Origin: Eledone cirrhosa
Lineage: Eukaryota
Direction: 5' to 3'
Assembly: GCA_964016885.1 (NCBI GenBank)
Contig: OZ024741.1
Span: 163,990,001-164,054,000, forward strand
DNA: 64,000 nt
The notes under the pieces are model-generated. The model did no database searches. It was not told where the DNA came from and worked only from the letters and a program-made list of their open reading frames with translations. Of this stretch, positions 57,483 through 64,000 are shown one piece after another. Each line of letters starts with the position of its first letter. Within the stretch, counting starts at the first letter, position 1. The translations under genes were made by a program, and so were the position numbers.

Positions 57483-58090
57483 CAGGTCACCAGTGGTGCT
57501 ACTGGTAACATGTATCCCAGTACAACCTGTCTCATGGTCGGGTCGTTGGCGACTAAACTGGCAACCCCACCAAGGTTTCTTGGTGAGGAGGGTGACTTTG
57601 GACATCCTGCAGGACTAAAAACAAAACCTGTCAAAGGGCAAAGGAGCTCTTAAGAGTCAATGGCCATCCAAAATCACCGGGAGAGATGACCCCTTAGCCT
57701 TTGTCAAGGCAGAATTCTAGGAGAAGGAAAACTCTGATATAACACCTGCAACTCTGATGGTATCCAATGATGTTGACATGTTCTTCTTTTTGGTAAATAT
57801 CATCTTGGTTAAGAGAGTGGGACTGGCTTTGTGCAGTGCCTTTGCTCACTATAAAAGCTTCACGGCACAGGCATTGCTTTATATCTGGAGATCTCTCTGC
57901 ACTTGTCGTCATATGGTACCATGGGCCTAGCACTATGTGTCAATAATTGTCACAAGTGTAGTGTTTGTACCAGAGTTTTCAAGTCGCTGGCCTGACTAAA
58001 AAGTCACACTTGTTTAGCGCATCAGTAGGGGTTCTCCTACATGGATATAAAGTAGTGGCCATACTCGAAAACGAGTTGGCAGCCACCTTA
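57483..58090 (+). mobile_element. Interspersed repeat insertion (probable LINE 5' region) in the PLE 3' region
   Basis: Matches 12033-12215 (reversed) and ~15460-15640 (GACCCC.TAGCCTTTGTCA.GGCA..TCTAGGAGAAGG). Confidence 0.6.
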
Positions 58091-58511
58091 TATATATATA
58101 TATATGTAGTGAATATATGTATCTGTGTATATATATATATATAGTGAATATCATTTCACACCTTTTTTTGTTAAGATTTTTGATGTTCTATTAAGAGAAC
58201 CGATTTTACTGAAAAAATCGAATAATGTACACCATTTTACCAGGGGGGGGGGGAATACTGGTCCACCCACACACACACACACACACAAACACATACACAC
58301 GCGTATATCAACCTACAAAGAGACTTATACACACACACACACACACACACACGCACTTCTCCGTATAAGACAAAAGCTGAAAAATATCTTTTGACCTTCG
58401 AATGACTCTGCTATATACACACACACACACACACACACACTTATCTTAATAGCCATTTGACACACATCGTTGCTGGCCATTGTCGCAGCATCGAACACCT
58501 TACTACTACTA

Positions 58512-58555
<44 letters not shown>

Positions 58556-58596
58556 ACACACACACATATTTGTTGTGAAAGAGTCATTTCTCAATC

Positions 58597-58828
58597 TTGG
58601 CGCAAAACCAATTTTTTATCCACATGACCTCTACCGACCAATCAAAATTGTTTTGACCAAGAATTTTTGCTGGAGCCACTTTTTTAACATTTTAACATAA
58701 AAACAGTCTTGGCGCAAAATCAACTTTTTACATTCACATGACCTCTACCGACCAATCAAAATTGTTTTGACCACAAGCATTTTTGCAACACAAAAATAAC
58801 GCTGGAGCCACTTTTTTAACATAAAAAC
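58597..58828. repeat. ~110-bp tandem duplication in the PLE 3' UTR
   Basis: TCTTGGCGCAAAA...CACATGACCTCTACCGACCAATCAAAATTG...GCTGGAGCCACTTTTTTAACAT twice. Confidence 0.8.
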
Positions 58829-58891
58829 AGGTAGAATTCCCAAAACTAATCAGATCAGAGCAAACAGCACGGACACTCTATCTCAAAATTA

Positions 58892-58929
58892 TTTTTGAAA
58901 AGCATTTAGAAATGCGCAACCGGTAAAAA
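58892..58929 (+). ncRNA. Variant minimal hammerhead (U3-A8, A13C) at the pLTR boundary
   Basis: TTT-TTGAAAA-GCATT TAGA AATGC-GCAA-CCGG-TA-AAAA; palindromic stem III ACCGGT. Confidence 0.5.
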
Positions 58930-59085
58930 CTTAAAAACTTAAAACCACAACTGAATACTAACCCATACAATCACTAATACTCTTTTATTCCTAATTAAAC
59001 CATTTTTCAACTGTGAACAATTTGTCAGCATTTTCTATTCCGTTTACCAATATATAATAACTTGTGTGTTACACCTCTATTCCTT

Positions 59086-59246
<161 letters not shown>

Positions 59247-59247
59247 G

Positions 59248-59318
<71 letters not shown>

Positions 59319-59377
59319 CATCATCATCATCATCATCGTTTAACGTCCATCTTCCACGCTTGCATGGGTTTGGATAT

Positions 59378-59411
<34 letters not shown>

Positions 59412-60041
59412 ATATATGTGTATACTAATGTTATATATACATATATATATATATATATACGTATTTATTTACTTATATACGTTTATATAATTATTTATTT
59501 ATTTGTACACAAACATACACACATATTTATATGTGCGTGGTTTTGTATACCTATGGTAAGGTTTTGCGTATGCTTGTGTATGTACGTATCTGTTTGAGTG
59601 TATGTATTTATTTGTTTCTATTACCTCTGTATTGTATTTATTTACTTTGTTATTAACTCTGTAGCGGAGATTCATTTGGTCTCCTAGTTAGAATTTTAGT
59701 CTACGACTTCTGCTATACCATTTACGTGGTTTTGTCTTTGAGTGCTATTGTTCTCCACGTTCCACATATGACTTATTATCTTCGTTTTTTCGTTCATTGC
59801 CAGAGAACGTCTCTATGCACCACCTAAGAGAACATTAGTCTACGACCTCTTTTATACCATGAACGTGGTTCTGTCTTTGCGCGTAATTGTTTTTCACCGC
59901 TCCTATTAATGACGTATTATTCGTTTTTTCCAATTCTTTGCCAGCGAACGTTTCCACGTACCAAAGTATCGTCTTCCTGTCTTCCTCCGGTTGCAACGTT
60001 TTTTTAAATATCCAGTTCTGCGTTTACAGATTGACTTTGTT

Positions 60042-60092
60042 AGTTTCAGAAGATCCCGTTAAGGGTGAAAGCAGCGATTCTTTGCTTAAACT
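60042..60092 (+). ncRNA. Hammerhead remnant with one core change (CAGAAGA)
   Basis: AGTTT-CAGAAGA-TCCC GTTAA GGGT-GAAA-GCA..TGC-TT-AAACT. Confidence 0.6.
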
Positions 60093-60107
60093 TTAATCTG
60101 TTATTTT

Positions 60108-60176
<69 letters not shown>

Positions 60177-60339
60177 TTATATATATATATATTAGTTTTG
60201 CGAGGTTTTTTATATGAAATCGTGTGTTGAAACAAATATTGTTATACTTGGCGAAAAGCGAAAACCAACCAAACAGTGAGTGTGTTCTGTTATTAATTCT
60301 GGCAATATTACACAAATATGACCCTCCCCAAGTATAACA

Positions 60340-60773
60340 ATATATGTATATATGTGTGTGTGTATATAATTACATATATATGTGTGTGTTTATATTATAT
60401 ACGTGTGCGTGTTTGTGTATGTATGTGTATGTACGTGTTTATGTATTTGTATATGTATATTTATGTGTGAGAGTGTGTGTATGTATTTACTATTTCGTAC
60501 GTATGTATATGTGCTTTTGTGTGTATTACTTACCACGCGTGTCTGTCCTGTTAGCTGGGGCATGTATCGCTGTCAAAAATTTTTTAATATATATTTATAT
60601 ATTTTTTTCTTATATTTATTTGCGTGTGTGAATATGTAGAGGAGTGCATTCATGTATGTGTATGTATGTACGTTGTATGTTTGTGTGAATGTATGTATGT
60701 GTATATATATGTGTGTGTGTATGGCTATGTTTGTGTATGTGTATGCTTGTACACACATGTGTGTGTGTGTGTA

Positions 60774-60833
<60 letters not shown>

Positions 60834-60884
60834 GTATATGTATATATATATATATGTACATGTATATATATATGTGTGTGTGTA

Positions 60885-60925
<41 letters not shown>

Positions 60926-61085
60926 ATGTATGAATGTATGTATGTGTATATGTGTGTATATATGTGTATGTGTGTGTAGGTGTACGTTTTATATATATAT
61001 ATGTGTATATGTATATATGTATGCGTACATTTATATATATGTATATATGTATGTGTGTGTAAGTATGCTTTTGTGTTTTTTTGTG
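60340..61085. repeat. (TG)/(TA) low-complexity tract
   Basis: Direct reading. Confidence 0.9.
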
Positions 61086-61359
61086 TGTGTTTGCATGTGT
61101 AGTTTTATTTTATTTTTCCTTTCCTTCTCCCTTTTCCAGCCTCACTTTCATATAGATTGCATTTTTGTTTTTAGAATCCATATTCAATAAACAAACCAGG
61201 ATTTTTCATTCTGAGGATTGAAAGCAAAACCTTTTGCTTTTAAGAAACCACTGGTAAATGGAATAATTGCCTTATGTTGTTTATTACATAATAATAATAA
61301 TTAAGCTCTGTTGCCTACATAGAGCACTCTTTATTCCTGGACTTTTCCGATGGAATTAC

Positions 61360-61416
<57 letters not shown>

Positions 61417-61480
61417 GGGGCTTCTATCTCCAAAACCAGAGTAGTTCGTGAACAAACAAACAAACAGACAGGAATACAAC

Positions 61481-61538
<58 letters not shown>

Positions 61539-62049
61539 GCACGTGCTCTGTCAAAATGTTAAAAACTATAAAGTAGATATAAAGTAGTAGTAGTGAGATG
61601 ACGACATAATATGAATATTTCGTACTATGATATCATAATAAATCTATTACTTAACACTCTAACAGACAATAAAAATTAATATATTCAAAATTCATTTGCC
61701 GTGTTCATTAGTTTTTTCTACTAAAATCTAAATGAAAGGTGTCTTCTATTTTCTTTATTTATATTTGGTATCTATTAAATTGTTATCAACTAATGTTAAA
61801 ACAGTGAAATAACAAGGACGAAATAACTATTCGTGAAATAGCGATAAACTATTCTAAAAATGTTTCTTCATATAATTAAAAAGCCATATAAAGAACATTT
61901 TTAAAACATTATTTCTTTGTTAAATCAGAGACTTTGGTTTGGTTTTAAAATGGGTTCTGGTCGAGATATTGTCTTTATTGTATTATTTTAAAATACATTG
62001 GGAAAATCTCCCAATACATGATGTGTGGTTGATGATCTGATAAATATCT

Positions 62050-62275
62050 TCTAATTCTTCTTTCTTTTTCTTTTTTCTTCTTCTTTTTCATCTTTTTCGT
62101 CGTCTTTTTTCTTTTTCTTTTTCTTTTTCTTTTTCTTTTTCTTTTTCTTTTTCTTTTTCTTTTTCTTTTTCTTTATCAACTTTTTCGCCGTCTTTTTTCT
62201 TCTTCTTTTTCATCTTTTTCGTCGTCTTTTTTCTTGTTTTTCTTTTTCTTTTTCTTTATCAACTTCTTCACCGTC

Positions 62276-62307
<32 letters not shown>

Positions 62308-62602
62308 CTTTTCTTTTCTTTTCTTTTCTTTTCTTTTCTTTTCTTTTCTTTTCTTTTCTTTTCTTTTCTTTTCTTTTCTTTTCTTTTCTTTTCCTTCTCC
62401 TACTACTTCTTCCTTCGTCTTCTTTTTCTTTTTTCTTTTTCTTCTTCAACTTCTCTTTCTTTTTCGTTTTTGTTTTCGTTTTCGTTTTCTTTTTCTTTTT
62501 CTTTTTCCTTCTTGTTTTTCTTGTTTTTCTTTTTTCTTCTTTTCTTTTTCTTTTTCTTATTCTTCTTTTTCGATTTCTTTTTTCTTTTTCTTTTCCTTCT
62601 TC
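62050..62602. repeat. Polypyrimidine (TTTTC)n/(TTTTTC)n tract
   Basis: Direct reading; likely the expanded tail of the adjacent LINE fragment. Confidence 0.9.
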
Positions 62603-62800
62603 TGGGAGGGTCGTGGAGGCTGAGTCTTCTGACATACCTAAAGGTCCTATCAGAGGCAATCGCCTCTAAATGATCCGGATGGATCTCCGAGCGAGACCAA
62701 CAGTGGGTATGGATGTTACCCAACCATCTTGCTTGCGGTCTACCCCTGGATATCATGTTGGTTGGATTTGTCTGTAAAATCTGTCCTGTGATTCTTTCCT
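62603..62800 (-). pseudogene. 3' fragment of an RTE-like LINE ORF2
   Basis: ISRGRPQARWLGNI...AIASDRTFR, resembling the R.GRP..W...A.DR..W terminal motif. Confidence 0.55.
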
Positions 62801-62974
62801 TATATGAATAACTTACGTTAAAAATTATGACTGCATACATCAGATGTATTGTAGTGGATTGAAATTGTGACTTGATACATAATATAATTTCTACTCAAAA
62901 CTCCAGAAAATATGCAATTATATTTCACTGGATACTAAATCCTCAACTTAAGCTTTTCTCCTGACTATCTAGAG

Positions 62975-63292
62975 CGGTGGTTCCCAACCTTTTGTGCCCC
63001 ATGCCCCACCTCAACATCCCAAACATGTTTATGCCCCAATTTGATATAAAAACAGCGATAGTCAACTACGAAATGTAAACAAATTGGCGTATGGTTGATG
63101 CCAGATGCACAATAATGTGTGTGGAGGAGGTGAGACAGGAGTTTCCGAAAGTAATTTGTTCCAAAGTTGCCTTGGTGTAGTTGTAAAAGGTAAAACCTGA
63201 AGTTTGTTCTCATTAACATCATTTTCAAATTGCCTCCTTGAATATTCTAATTGCTCCCCAGTGGGGTGTGGGCCCCACGTTGGGAAACACTG
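62975..63292. mobile_element. hAT (Charlie-type) MITE
   Basis: TIRs CGGTGGTTCCCAAC / GTTGGGAAACACTG; 8-bp TSD ATCTAGAG/ATCTACAG. Confidence 0.8.
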
Positions 63293-63822
63293 ATCTACAG
63301 CAAATATCTAGCTAGAACTGAACTCAAGACTACAATCTAGAAAATATTCGTTTATTTTTAATGTTCCTAGCATTTATATCAATAAGGTACAAGCCTGTAC
63401 AACGCATTTCAGTGATATTAACAAGTCTCTAAAACACAAAATACTAATTTTAGGTCCTTGCAACTGTTAATCCAGCATCATAAAGACTAAGTAAATTTTG
63501 GTGAAATATTGATATCTAACTTCAAATAATTTTCTACACATAAAACATGACAAGTCGTTTTAGTGGGAGGGACAACAATTCTTATTTAGAATAAAATTCA
63601 ACTTCTAAAATAAATTTAGGTGTAATCTAAATAAAAATTAATCATATTCAAATGTAACTTGAAATCTAATAGTAAAGAAAATATTAATTTATGACAAACA
63701 TACCTTTATTAGAGGTTTTATCAACCTCTTAATAAGAAAGTATTTCGTACAAGCGGCGATGTATTTGTTTTGCAAGGTTTTTGATATGAAATCGTGTGTT
63801 GAACGGGAGGAAACAGTGATAA

Positions 63823-63864
63823 TCACTGAAGATGTCACAGATAGTTGTGACGAAAGAACTTTGA
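63823..63864 (+). ncRNA. Minimal type I hammerhead ribozyme
   Basis: TCA-CTGAAGA-T-GTCACA GATAGT TGTGAC-GAAA-GAAC-TT-TGA. Confidence 0.7.
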
Positions 63865-64000
63865 AAAATTATATTCATATTTTTATCTGTTGGTTAATCA
63901 ATGATAAACGTTGATTGCCAGCTAAATTATTTATAGAAATATTAAAATATACTGAAGCGAAAACCAAACCAAACAGTGAGTGTGTTTTACTGTTTTTAGC

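Larger units (their letters stand above)
54060..59050 (+). mobile_element. Penelope-like retroelement, Neptune-like, with an inverted terminal pLTR copy
   Basis: 54060-54181 is the reverse complement of 58929-59050 (1 mismatch); ORF1 plus RT-EN ORF; flanked by (TA)n. Confidence 0.9.

Noticed and set aside
57485-57600. HDV-like ribozyme at the 5' end of the LINE-like insertion (GGTCACC/GGTGACT and CCAGT/ACTGG pairings)
   Set aside because: The pairings do not follow the P1-P2-P3-P1.1-P4 order, and I could not build P3/L3.
62210-62840. Lys/Glu/Arg-rich and Phe/Ser-rich ORFs
   Set aside because: Artefacts of the (TTTTC)n tract.

Overview
AT-rich, microsatellite-laden eukaryotic DNA, almost entirely repeat-derived; no host gene could be supported. 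The repeat families suggest an octopus or other cephalopod genome (inference). The window holds two Penelope-like retroelements (PLEs) with uninterrupted RT+GIY-YIG reading frames, one Naiad-like (49.5-52.7 kb) and one Neptune-like (54.1-59.1 kb). Both sit in (TA)n and carry a 5' inverted copy of their 3' end. The Neptune-like element has an ORF1 that the ORF track shows only in part; it overlaps the RT frame in the -1 frame at a TTTTTTA slippery heptamer, which predicts programmed ribosomal frameshifting. I read about nine type I hammerhead ribozyme (HHR) motifs by eye, one with a non-canonical core. Several fold-back mini-elements have their inversion centres in the stem II loop of an HHR. 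Also present: a non-autonomous LTR element with a 191-bp internal inverted repeat, more than 20 tRNA-derived SINE copies, three DNA-transposon MITEs and decayed LINE fragments. All structures were read by eye, and repeat boundaries are approximate.
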